The notes under the pieces were generated by a model, which saw only the letters and a list, made by a program, of their open reading frames with translations, did no database searches and was not told where the DNA came from. From Antedon mediterranea (lineage: Eukaryota > Animalia > Echinodermata): 64,000 bases of DNA. The stretch covers positions 31,546,388-31,610,387 of the forward strand of contig NC_092670.1 in NCBI RefSeq assembly GCF_964355755.1, read 5' to 3'. The first letter of the stretch is position 1. The number at the start of each line of letters is the position of its first letter. The translations under genes and the position numbers were made by a program. This document shows, one piece after another, positions 30,901 through 43,400 of the stretch.

Positions 30901-33712
30901 CACATTATATTTCTTTGTCCACAGACTGTTGGCGTCTCTAGTGAATTACGTAATGCTGTATACCTTGGCGTATCTTCTTACTGTTTATCAACTGAGAGGA
31001 TTCTGAACCTAATGAGTACTGTCAACTGGAATATTAAGGATATCATGTCACAGCATAGTCCCTATGTAGATGCTCTTTTACAGGTATGAAGTTATGTTTT
31101 ATCTTGTGCAACATAAAGTAGCTCTCATTTGACTATTACCTCCATGGATTCTATACCTAGTTAAACACTCATGGAAAATGAGATGGTCAGTGGATACAAT
31201 TAACAAGTGTGTGATTTCAAACCTAACCCTCATTCACAAGGCCAGACTGCTGTAACTTGCTTAACTACAATGTCAATTTGTTTAAAATTATTGTTTTATA
31301 ATACCAATCAAATTTTCCTGCAAATAAGTGTACATTCTACAAAAAAAATAAAACACTTTTCTTCTTTAAATCTAAATACAAAAAAACATGACTCAAATTT
31401 TGTTCTTTATCAATTATTTTTCAAAAGTGGATTTTACGTCTTTGTCTAATAAATATTTGTTTTCGATGATTAAAAATGTATTAAATTACTACTTATTTAG
31501 GACTTACAAGTGTTCCGAGACAGATTACAAGATGTTGGGAGGTAAGAATTCAACTTTATACTGACAATATAACTAGTTAATTGTGTAGGGATGGTGAGAC
31601 TACGTTCTATTTGTTGTAAACATATCACACAAGACAACAGCATGGTCCTTACAAAAATGCAAAAATCATGTCTTATAAGTTTTATTTTGGGAGAGATAGA
31701 TGTTGGTGGTTCTTCGAAAAGATGTTGAATGTTGAAATAAAAGACTGATAACCATTTAGTGGATGGCCTATTTCCTGTACGGAGTTTGAAGGAGACTCTG
31801 CTTCACTTTAGCATCAATATGGCCTAAATGTAGCAACACAATTATTGTCTACTAAAGTTCTGTCTACACTATCAAACTAGTTTTTAAAAAAAGTGGGATG
31901 TGCCCAAATATGGTAGTGATATGCCCATATAATGTATGATCACATCACATTTTTTTGTCACAAAGTTTGATAGTGTAGACAGAGCTTATCTTTAGGAGGT
32001 TTTCACTCACGATATACTTTATAATGTACAGTTTATACAAATTGTGTACAAAAGCCAAATTGATGGTTTTAGAATAAAATTTACTAATTATTATATTGAT
32101 TGATATTCACCATATATTTTATTTTTTGGTCTATAGACAAGTCCGTATACCTCATGTTGTATACGTAGTGTTATGGAACCATTTGATACTATTAGTGAAC
32201 AGAACAATAGTTGAAGGGTAAGTTCAACTGTTTTATTGGACATTCTAATTTATCCCACCAACTTTCTTTCAAAAAAACAGAAGTAAATTTATTATACTAG
32301 CCCTAACTCTAACCCTAAAAAAACTTAACTAAGACTTAAAGTCAATTAGCAAAAAACCTTGAACAAATATTTGTGCATGTTATACGAATAATGCTTTAGA
32401 ACTGAATATAATTAAGCAAAAAAAGAGTTTAGAAATAACAGACTATGTAGTTAAAACTTTTTTATACTTGCTTATAAAAAACTTAACTATCATTTAAGTT
32501 CATTTTCAAAATACCCTAAACAAAAATTTGTGCATGTTATATGAATAACACTTCAGGACTTAAGCACTGCTTAATATAATTAAGCAAAAAAAGAGTTTGG
32601 AAATGAAAGACTATGTAGTTTAAAGTTTTTTATACTTGCTTATAAAAATCTTAACTATCATTTGAATTTCAAAATACCCTAAGCAAATATTTGTGCATGT
32701 TATATGAATAATAAGCACTGCTTAATATAATTAAGCACAGAGAGTTTATAAATGAAAGAGCGTGTAGTTACCTTACCTTTACACAAGGGAATTAAAAACC
32801 AGAGCAAACATTTATTGCAATAGTCTCAAGTGACCCATGGTTTTTGTTTAGCCTTGCCGGTGCTAAGAAGTGCAGTAACGAAGGACGAGCACTGATGCAG
32901 TTGGATTACCAACAATTCCTGATGAAGCTTGAACAGTTAACAGACATCAAACCAATCCCAGCAAAGGAGTTTGTGGAAACTTATATTAAAGCATTCTATC
33001 TCTCGGAATCTGACATTGAATCCTGGATAAAAGAACGAAGGGTAAGTTCATAGGCGGATTTAAGGGCCCAATGCAAACAATATGACATTAGGTTCAGTTC
33101 ATCCTACACAGGGCTTTACAAAATCAAGGATCCTCCAATGTTAAGTTTCTTTGGTTGTAATTGTGTCTATTAATGTCCTTTTCACATACTCATGATTTTC
33201 CAAGCAACAACAACAGGACATTTGTGCAAAATCTCTGTATGAATCTACACCAGAGACAGACCGTGTTTTTTTTTTATGATTGTTTCTGCATGGTTCCCAA
33301 GTATTATAATATTCTATTACACCTGTTTGCTATGTTAAATAGTTCAAAATAATCCAAAACCTATTGTATAATACAAGTGTTTTGTTTGTTTGAATGATGA
33401 TGTACACATTGTTAAGTTAATCATGAGTTTAATTTTGTAAATATGCATACCTACAAATTTTGTGACACTGACATTTGAAATCAAGTTATTTTATCTTCAA
33501 TATGGGCAAAAATATTCAATTCCGCACCCTCTATCACTTTGTATTTTGTCAAACAGTTTACTTATATATTATTTTTATTTTATTTATATTAAATTTAGGA
33601 GTATTCTGGAAAGCAGTTAACAAGTTTGGTCAACTGTGCCGTGAGTTCCAAAAGAGGACGCCAGCGTCTGTTAATGATAATTGAAGAGTTAGAGAGGCAA
33701 CGTCCTAAATAG
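12997..33712 (+). CDS. VPS50: Syndetin, EARP complex subunit (about 29 coding exons)
   Basis: Starts [11 protein letters not shown] (12997-13029). Internal exons encode [24 protein letters not shown] (18117-18187), [18 protein letters not shown] (19430-), [16 protein letters not shown] (23233-), [19 protein letters not shown] (25918-), GKYMQMM...QLFDYYLY (28643-), FLAEQFE...[11 protein letters not shown] (30269-) and [19 protein letters not shown] (32852-33041). The last exon is 33599-33712 (EYSGKQLT...RQRPK*). The order is collinear with VPS50 as recalled. Confidence 0.95.
13393..14650. mobile_element. Non-autonomous TIR DNA transposon (MULE/hAT-like) in VPS50 intron 1
   Basis: Subterminal inverted repeats TTTCGGCCACAGACAGTTTCGGCCAC / TGTCTGTGGCCGAAATTGTCTGTGGCCGAAG. 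Flanked by the 8-bp direct repeat GGTAGGCC (13385-13392 and 14651-14658). Confidence 0.75.
16555..17645. repeat. Minisatellite, 34-bp unit TTGTGTCTATCTACCTATTACTAGGTGCAGTACA, about 32 copies
   Basis: Near-identical tandem copies with no spacers and a recurrent G>T variant (AGTTGCAG). Lies within VPS50 intron 5. Confidence 0.97.
18960..19185 (+). mobile_element. tRNA-derived SINE remnant with CCACTCAGCTGTAAATGAGTACC core (Meta/V-type core)
   Basis: B-box-like GGTTCAATTCC, followed by a conserved SINE-core-like motif and a short TTTACC repeat tail. The family call is from recall. Confidence 0.55.
19555..20100. mobile_element. TTAA-targeting MITE (Kolobok-like), copy 1
   Basis: TTAA|AGATGTATTGTCCCTT ... 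AAGGGACAATACATCT|TTAA. It is highly similar to 22610-23171. Confidence 0.85.
20279..21721 (+). mobile_element. Non-autonomous Helitron, copy 1
   Basis: A|TCTAATATATAAA 5' end and a 3' hairpin CTAGATGGTACGCGAGCGAAGCGAGCGTACCATCTAG|T. No TSD. An inverted homolog lies at 45075-46391. Confidence 0.85.
22610..23171. mobile_element. TTAA-targeting MITE (Kolobok-like), copy 2
   Basis: Same TIRs and interior as 19555-20100. The left TTAA is intact and the right one is mutated. Confidence 0.85.
23993..24260 (+). mobile_element. tRNA-derived SINE with Deu-like domain (diverged copy)
   Basis: A-box TGGCCGAGTGG, B-box GGTTCGAGGC and core GATAAGGACTATAAACCGTAGG...GAATAGGGGGGTTAC. Homologous to 49193-49507. 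Confidence 0.75.
25430..25612 (-). mobile_element. Same SINE family, reverse orientation, partial
   Basis: GGTAACCCCCTACTCGTCTCGAAA...GATGTGTACACTGGACCTATGGTTTATAG is the reverse complement of the core of the 49193 copy. Confidence 0.7.
26870..27945. mobile_element. Foldback-like MITE with 10-bp TSD (Mutator-like)
   Basis: TIR GGGTGTCACGAAACCTAAGACCACGAAAGC... / ...TTTCGTGGTCTTAGGTTTCGTGACACCC, with TSD GTCTGTGCCA at 26860-26869 and 27946-27955. Further internal inverted homology links about 27200-27430 with 27625-27855. Confidence 0.88.
32345..32770. repeat. Diverged tandem duplication, ~170-bp unit, about 2.5-3 copies
   Basis: TTTGTGCATGTTATAYGAATAA...AATATAATTAAGCA...GAGTTT recurs three times. 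Confidence 0.75.
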
Positions 33713-33993
33713 ATACATGTACACTGTACAGAGTAGTGGTCATATGTATTTGATGTATAATATCGTAATTATTTAATATAATAATAATACTTCCTACATA
33801 CAGTAATAATTATTCCTGTTCCATCCCCTAAAATATCAGAGGGTTTACTATTGCATGACATGAATTAGAAGATAATGTGCACATGATTTTAAAAACAACC
33901 AGCGAATTCCATGAAATTATAACCTTGAATCGCAAACTCTATTCTACTAGTTTGTAAAAACCAGTTACTTTTTTAGTCATCTCATGTAATGCA

Positions 33994-35479
33994 TTATTAG
34001 GTTATATGCATTATCATGCATATAACCTCTTGATTCTGTCAAAATCTTTATTTATTTATTTATTTATTTATTCTTTCCTTAGCACTATTTTGTCCGTGAA
34101 TTATCTTGATATCAGTTTCATCTATCTAAGTCAATTTTTCAGAGTATATTCCTTATGGCCAGGAATCGATGTGGTTATATTTTCACGATGCGTAATCAAA
34201 AATTACGCGGTCTACGCGCGATTTTACGAAATCACGTTTGTAATCATATCTTCACAAGCATGAATCACAATTAAACAAAATTTGGTACTCATAAATTTCA
34301 GGTCATATTTCATCATATGGCAATACAGTTACGTGCGTAGCGCATATAACGCTTGCGTACGCGCGCTTAAAATGTTCAAAATTGTCAAAATTTATTTTCG
34401 ATGAAATTAGAGTACGTTTCAGGCAATTTTAAGCGTTTAAAAAATTGCCATGAGTGCGCAGATTTTTGCACGCGCACTGCGCGTTATACGTTAATGCGCA
34501 CTCTTTTTGTCCGATTTCGGTTGTACAACCTTTCTTTAATAATATCATCATATTTTATTCACTTTTCAACGCGTAATTGCCTTATACGAGCACGTCAAAA
34601 GTGACAGGCTACGCACGTGTAAGTTAACAAAATGGTGAAAATATGCTAAATTTTAAAATTAATATAGATCGTCAGAATGCTCGGGAACACATATTTTTTA
34701 TTTCATTTTCTTGAAGTGTATGTATCTTATGTATGATTTATTATTAAACTAAGGGAACAAAAGTTGATTAAGCCATGATTAATTGCATATTAAATTAAAA
34801 AAAATAATTTCGACAATCAAACAAATTATGACATTTTCTTAGGCCAAAATAACAAACTTAACATTAACTTTCATCCTTCAAAAGTTCATATATTAAAGTT
34901 AAAAGTATATAGTTTGACAGTGCATCATTTTTGTACATTTTTAGAGATGTCATCATAGTAAAAAATTATAATTCATTGCGGTATGTAATAATCTATCTGC
35001 ATCAAAGTGGTTACTGCATAGTAAATACACGGAGGAAGTTTTTCTACAATTTTTAGTCAGTTGTGTATGGCTCGGTGGTGTGTGCTCGTGTCTATGGCAC
35101 TCCAGGTGCCGAGATCGAGTCTCACCTTGGGAAACGAAATAAGATTTTTTTTTTATTAACCGTATTGTTTGTTCAAATTTATTTCTTAGTGTATATATTA
35201 TACACATGATTTATAATGAAATCTAGATAAAAAATAACTTATGTCTTTATTATTATGTAACAGCAAATGTGGTTTATGACATTATACGCAGAGGGATCTT
35301 TGATCGGATTGTGATACCGGCTATTGTATTCGCGTTAGCAAGGTCCTATCATATATTATAAATAATTAAAGAATCTGAGAAAATCAATGAATCAAAATAT
35401 CTTTTAAAAATCAATTATCTTTATTTTAATTATCAATGCATATAACCTATAATTCGTCATAGTGACGAATTAAATCTAG
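33994..35479 (+). mobile_element. Helentron/Helitron2-like non-autonomous element (HINE/DINE-1-type architecture)
   Basis: 5' palindrome AGGTTATATGCA-TTATCA-TGCATATAACCT, then a (TTTA)n tract. The 3' subterminal inverted copy TGCATATAACCT (35437-35448) is followed by the hairpin AATTCGTCA-TAG-TGACGAATT and CTAG|TT. Confidence 0.75.
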
Positions 35480-37438
35480 TTATTATTAGTATTGTTTAAG
35501 GCAAAAGATACATTTTACAAAATATAATGCAAATTAACAAATTAAACAATCAAGATGCAAGAAGAAAATATAAAGTCATATTCACAAACTGCCATGAAAG
35601 CACAGAAGCAGCCTAAGCTACTGTCACCAATCAGCTTAGATAAATTAATTATGAATGATGAAAATAGGGAAAATGCTGACCCAATGGAGATTCAAACCTG
35701 GTACCTTCTGTTTGATATGCAGAAGATGTCCTAACCATTTCAACACTATCATTTTATGGTATTGTTCAAATTCGATAGTGACTCTTTAAAGCCACAAGTA
35801 AAGCTGTATTTTTTACACTAAACTAATTTGTGATGTGCCCAAGTATGTTAGTGATATTCCCAAATATGGTAGTGATATGACACCATTATGTCCATGGGCA
35901 CATCACATTTTTTTTTGTCACAAACACATTACAATTTACTCTTGCATAGAGGACAGCATCATCACATACCATATAATGTAATTGCCATCAAGCTCTGTAA
36001 TATTTTAGTGTATATATGTATTTTGATGATCTATAAATAAATGAAACATTTTTTATTTTTTAACAGTTTTAATTTGTACATGTTTTATTGCAACAATATA
36101 TTATAATTCTAAACAATGTATTAAATAACTCATGTAAATTGTTAAAATGAAACATTAAACAAATATATAATATCATGAGAACAATATGAAATAGAAATAA
36201 TAGAAAGATATTGGCTACAGTATTCCCTGAAGTCATACTGATTTTTATCGGCCTGACATTGGGCTAAAACGTACACTGTTATCTTGCAAAATCACTGTAT
36301 AGAAAAACAAATAAAATAATTTTTAAACACAAAAACTAGAAACATAATTAAAATAATATGATAAGGATAATTATTTTTATTTCTGTGGTTTTTGGACATT
36401 TTCATTAAGTTTATAATTTTATATTGATTCATTTTATTGGTATCATATTGGTTTTTTAACTCCCATTTACAATTTCCCCCTGAAATTATATTTTTATTGA
36501 AATGAAAAATTCATAAAAATGCAAACGTTTTATTGGTTATATTGAGAATTGTCTATGCATCTTGTAAAGATGTATCGTATATTTTTACTGTATATTTAAT
36601 CATACTTGGCATGTTACCACTTTTTCTCCATTAAGATAAAATAATTTGTACAAACTTGTTTTACATGTTGCTTTTTTATTACCACTTAAAATGCACTTAA
36701 TTCACATGTAAACAAATTATTTAAAAAAATTCTAATTGTATTTGAAATATTGGAATACCCATCAATTTATTCATGAATAAAAAAAACATTCCATTTTTTC
36801 ACTTAAACATAACAGCTTCTATTCACTTATGTTTAATCTGTGATTATTATAATTATTACTATCATATAAGTTTATTAGGAATAATATAATATAATTATAA
36901 TGTATTATAGAATTGCATGATATCTCTATGGTATGAGAAAATGTTCATTATTCAGCGTGTGTAAGGCCTATCATTGCGATCATTCCTCAGCCCTGTTTTG
37001 TGCAATAGTAGTTAAGTATATGGTAGACCATACTAAATTTTTTCGATTCATTTTCACACAAGTTTGAACCTTCATATACTTGTGGATTCACCAACACCCA
37101 CTAGTTTATAGCCTTTCATAAAGATATATTTGGTTTGCCATTTTCTCTCTTGATCTAAATTTAAAGGTGATTCCTTCGAATATTCTCTTTTAGCATGACC
37201 ATATAATTAAAAACAACTTGTGTTTGTTGATTTACGTATTTCGTGAAAATAAAGTTTTTCGCTCATAAGATGACTTCCTGTATTCTCTGTTTAAGGCATC
37301 GTTTGCGCGTCATAGTATACTTTGTAATTGGCGTTGGTGGCGTCGGACCTTAAAAATCGTCGTTTTTATCGCGTTCGTCGTGTCGAGTCGTCTTCGGTCA
37401 TTCCCATTCTTCAGTGGCCTAGCTAGGCAGAAATAAAC

Positions 37439-40400
37439 ATGGGGAAATCTTTTGCTAATTACATGTGTAAAAAGTGGTTTCATCCATCATCATATGATAA
37501 CATAAAAAGGGTAGGTAATATTTAAAAATCATATTTCTAACTTTATAAATAGGATACTGAATTCCGGGCGACTTCTTTCTAGGCCTAGGCCTAGGACCTA
37601 GTGTGGGCTAGGCCTACTACTCTAGAGGCCAGGCTAGGCCTAGCCTAGTACTAGCCTACCTAGCTAGCTAGGCTAGTAGTAGGCCTACCTAGCCGCCTAG
37701 GCTAGTTAGTGGGCTGGTGGTTGTGTTGGTTTCTGGCAAAGAACATACCTTTCACATTGCGGATCGATTCGTACCAAATCGCAGAGGCCTAGATATCGGG
37801 CGCAACCTCTGTTTTAACGTACTAAAATAGTAACTAGGGCCTAGCCTAGTAGGCTAGTAGTAGGCCAAGCCTAAGTAATTAGCCTAAGGGTAGGTAGGCT
37901 AATTATGCTGCTACTTCCTACTTTATAATTTAAGATTAATAAATATACAAACAATCTTCCCACTTGCAGGTATGGATGGCCGAACAGAAAAACTCAAAGG
38001 AGAGAGAGGCACAAGAACAACTTCGTGCAGAATATGAAAAGGAACAAGATACCTTAAACAACAGGTTTGTATTGTATAGTGGTTTTCTGGTTTTAATTTG
38101 TGTTTAATTTGTAATAATAATTCAAGGTGTATTGAACAATGGTGATGGTATACTGTACAGTAATTAATGTACAAATAATATTTTTGAGTTGAAACGATTT
38201 TAATACTTAAATATCAGTGGTTCTGTAGTACTACATTTTTGTTTAATTTCTTATATTTTCAACAGGTTGATGATGGGAGATGAAAAGGTTAAACATGGAT
38301 TGACCTTCATGTACGAAGCACCGAAAGGAATGGAGCGTGATAGCGAGAAAGGTGAAGAAGTGAAGTTTGAGTGGCAGAGAACTGCGCCACGCGAGTCGTA
38401 TGCCAAGGATATGGAAATTCGTGACCAGCCATTCGGAATCGCTGTCAGAAATGTTAAATGCATCAAATGCCACAATTGGGGTCATATCAACACTGACAAA
38501 GAGGTAAGGATATTCTTTAATTCAAATCCGACATTTTTTCTTTTATGATACCAATTAGTGAAAATATGGTTTAATATTTCAAATTCTACCAAATATAAAC
38601 TGTGTCCTTATCTGTGTTTGTGTTTTTCAAATAAATTCATAAATAAAAACAACTATAGTACATATTGCACATCATTTATTATTTTTTGATATTGCTAAAT
38701 AATAGTACCATTTTATTTTGTTTAGTGCCCATTATTTAACAAATCCTCAGTCGATGAGCAAACAGGGCCAAGCATGAAGAAACAAGAATTAATGGATGGT
38801 ATGAGAGAGGATGGCCTCGCATTGAAAACCAGTGTGCTTGGGCGTCAAGTCAATACAGCTGCATATAACCAGGTAAGACCAAGTCTAATTATTTATTCCT
38901 TTCAGTGATACATAAAAAGAAGCACTGAGGAGAGATAAGAGCTGTCAAAGACAACGCAAATCAAAAACTTGATAATGTATGTTGTGTTACTAATAAAAAA
39001 TAAAATCTTTTTAAGCAACTTGTTGATAGTGATGATGATGAGGGTGATGAGATTGCTTTCTTGAAGTCTTTATCAAGTGAACAAAAGAAGAAGTTGCTCA
39101 AGTAAGTAAATCCATATCTGTTACATTTGTGTTATTATCCTTTCAGAAAGTATAATTTTGTATGTAAAATTGAAAACCATATTTGCATTCCATCACTCAT
39201 AGGACCCACTCAGTACACACAAAAATAATGATTACAAATCCCCCAAATTAATTGCAGTCTCAATCGCCCAGAGAACTGTCCCCAAACTGAGCAATTTTAG
39301 CTGAAACGCAAACCATGGTTTCAAATCGACCTCAACTTAACCCTAGGTCAAGATAAGGTCAACTCTCACAGCGCTAACATTTTTATCTACTGTCACATTT
39401 CGCCTAACCAACTTTATTGTAGATAATAATAATTCCATCGTCGTCATTTCATAGCAAATGCTACCTGATGGAACAGATTTTAGTATAGTAAAAATAGTCC
39501 AGTCAATCTACCGATAGACCCAAAACAAATTGCAATAGTTTCCGAACCTTTTTTATTTGATTCTATATGTTCCTGGAAGAAACATTTCCAAAATCTACCA
39601 AAATCGGTTCAGTGGAACATACTTTTTTAAGGGGTCAAGAGGTCATGAGGGTCAAATTATATATTTGTATATCTCATTAACCGCTTGGCCGAACTTGGTA
39701 ATTTTGGTGTCAAACAATTCAGAAGACCCATATTTATATTCACTCTAATGAAAGTTTTTTATCAAAAATGACCGGAATCCATGTTTTTGACCTTTGACCT
39801 ATTATTTTGGCATATTCATATCTCGGTAACCACTGGGCGTAAACAAGCGTTTTTGGTGTCAAAATACCCAGAAGGTCTATGTTTATATTCACTCTAATGA
39901 AAACGTTTTGTGTATTATGACTAGACGACATCATTTTGACCTTTGACATATATTCATTATTTTATATTATTTCACTAATTAAATTTCGGTGACCAATAGG
40001 CGTAACTTCGTAATTTTTGTGTTAATCAATTCAGAAGACCCTTATTTATATTCACTCTAATAAAACTTTTTACAAAAAAATGAACGGAAACTACTCTTTT
40101 GACCTTTGACCTATTATATTGGTATATTCATATCTTTGTAACCAACACATTTTTTGTGTCAAAATATTCAAAAGGTCTATGTTTATATTCACTCTAATGA
40201 AAAAGTGTTGTGTGGTATTAACATATATTCTTTATTTCATATCTCACTAAATATATTTTTTGTATCTCGGTGACCAATAAGCGTAACTTTTGTGTTAAAC
40301 AATTCAGAAGAACCATATTTATTTACTCTAATGAAACTATTTTTACAGAAAATGACCGGAAGCTTTCAACTATTATATTTATATATTTGTATCTTTGTGA

Positions 40401-43400
40401 GCTATGGGTTTAGATGAGCATTTTTTGTATCAAACAACTCAGAAGGATATCCACTCTAATAAAAAATGTCTGTGTATATAGTCAATGCGAAAGTAATTAT
40501 TTTGACCTTTGATATCTATCCAGAAAACGTTTAGTAATTGGGGCAATATATTGGTGTTATATTTCTTCATAGATCAGCACCCAAGATAACATTTAACTAT
40601 TCATTATTCTGTTTATATTTACTCTCTAAAAACACACAAAACAGAAAAATATCCAAATAGGCCTGGTTGAGAATATTTACCAATCGTCTGATTTTACAAA
40701 CCCATTGTTGAATCTTCAGAATCGGTATCTTCATTATTATCTAGTGAAATGCGCATACACCTCGACACTCACTACATGCCATGGAGCAATCTAATCCATT
40801 GTTCCTACAGCTGCATTTCATATTATAGCAGCCTGTTTTGCATTTGCATCTTATGATTTGTAGGAGCGATTGTGGTGCTGGGGGGTTGTCCGCCAAATAT
40901 GGTATCATCCTGCCTTGGCTGATCTTGCATCCATATTTATCTGGAGGTACATTTTCTTCATTTCCAAGCCAAACTTGAACTTGTTGGTACACCCTTAGAC
41001 TATGATACTTGGCCGCTGATGCCGTTGGGGGTAGAACGTGGATGAACTTCTTTAGTACTGCATGTAGTCTTTTCATGAAATTTACGAAACCTCAACTCAT
41101 CTAGGTTTTCATTATCGCTGCTACCATACAAAGACAAAATGGCGTTATTACCCGCTGCAATTACCTCCTTACAAGTCATAAACACTTTGGCTTGTTCAGA
41201 AAAGAAACAGTCACTTCTTACTTTAGTTACTGCTTTGATTTTCCCAATACCAAAAAATCGCGATGTCGTGTCACATCCAAGGAACGCGTGACAACATAGG
41301 ATATATTTACAAACATCGCTGCCAAGGTCAAGTCTTGTTGCCGCAATGTTCCAACATCGTTGCACCTTTTTAGTTTCTTTCCTTTGGTTTGGCTTGAACC
41401 AACCATACATTAAGTTTGGTGTGACCACCATGGTGGATAAGGAGGACTAGGATATCTGTATCATCTGCGATGACAACCGTGCCTATTTGTTCTGCACAGG
41501 ACAGAGCCATCTTCGACACAAGATAGTCAGCGTCAGCTTCTGCGTGGTGAACAGTACAACCTTCTTTTTCAAGACTATTTCCCAAAATCTTAATGAATCT
41601 TTGTTTGTTTTGAACGTTTGACAGAAATTCTTCTTTTTTGGTTTGTAAGGTCATAGATTGGTCAAAGTGTACAGCTACACCACCACCACCACTTCTCTTT
41701 GTATGTGTACAGTCTTTTGTACTTTATAGTGAGTTATCGTACCCATCAAAACCAACAATGGGTTTTCCATATTTGTGAGAAACATATTTAGTGTATACTC
41801 TCATAATGTCACCCCATGAAGCCCCTCTTGTCCATGGAATTTTATGAAGTAGTGCTCCTCCATCTAAGACGTACTGAATTTGATCAGGAGGTTCTGGAGC
41901 AACCTCGATTGCTGTTGACCACAAACTATCAGCTAAACTAGCTTTATTTGCAGACCTCATCATATCTGGTGATTCAAACAATCTAAATATATCTGATGCA
42001 TTATCGCATCTTGTGCCGGCAGTTACAAGTCGTTGAAATAGAAGTAAAGGATCTACATTGACCTTTTATCTTCAATGCGCTTTTAGAGTTCATTAATGGA
42101 TTGGCTCTTTTTCAGAAATGTGTAGTCGGCGACCTTTTGGTTTGTCATTGATTGCACAATTTGTTGACCTACATGCTTGGCATTGTCACAGTCTACATTG
42201 ATATGTGCCGTCACTCCAGTTGCAATGTTTGTCAGTGATTTTGTACTGTCTGTATTGAATGGATTTCGCTGTGTCAGATACCTTGATATGTCTTGTACAT
42301 CACTGAGGTCCTTCATCTTTCTGGCATATGTTGTTTCTTTATGTTGTTCACTGGTAGTATACGACACGTTAGTGAACTCTTGCATTGAATGATTGATCTT
42401 GGCGCAGACTGGAGTTGAAAGGACCCAGACAAGTCGTTGAATTTCTGTTAATCCTCGCCCTCTTGTTAGACCTCCTCTTGTTTTTATGCTACAGTACGCA
42501 TAAGACACTGTTCTGTGGCAAGATCAGTTGATATTCCAGCCCAACGTCTGTCAGATCGCCGCACTTATTATTTGGTCAAATTTAAAATGTTATACTCGAG
42601 ACTCGAGATTTATTCATGACACGACTAGAAAATGTTAACGGTCAAAATAATGATTTTCGGTTATATTGTACATTTGCATTTGTTTTCATTAGAGTAAATA
42701 TAAACAAATATACTGGTATAATAGGTCAAAGGTCAAAAACATAGTTTCTATCCATTTTTTAAAAAACTTTTTCATTATAGTGAATATAAATATGAGTCTT
42801 CTGAATCTTTTGACACAAAATTGACGAAGTTGTGCTTAGTGGTTACTGAGATATAAGAAATGTATTTACTGAGAAATCTAAAATAATGAATATGTGTCAA
42901 AGGTCAAAATAATGACTTCCAGTCATTTTACACGAATCTTTTCCATTAGAACTAATATAAACATTGACCTTCTGAGTAGTTTGACGCAAATAACGCTCAT
43001 CTACGCCCACTGGTTACTAAGATACGAATATACGAAAATATACAATAAAATAGGTGAAATGTCAAAAACATGTTTTCCTGTAATTTTTGGTAAAAAGGTT
43101 TCATTAGAGTACATATAAATATGGGTCTTCTGAATAGTTTGACACCAAAATTAACATGCTACGCCTAGTAGTTTTCAAAATAGAAAAATGTGTAATTTGA
43201 CCCCTATGACCTTAAAACCCCTTAAAAAGTATGTTCCACTGAACCGATTTTGGTAGATTTTGGAAATGATCTTCCCAGATGCTTATAAAAGCAAATAAAA
43301 AAGGTTTGGAAACTATTGCAATTTGTTTTGGGTTACGCCCTTTTTTGTCATAGATTGACTGGACTAAAATTAATATATATGCAAGTACCGAAATATGTTT

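Noticed and set aside
40741-42508. Nested functional host nuclease gene (FEN1/XPG/GEN1)
   Set aside because: It has multiple frameshifts and stops, no introns, and is enclosed by TIRs. It is a transposon relic.
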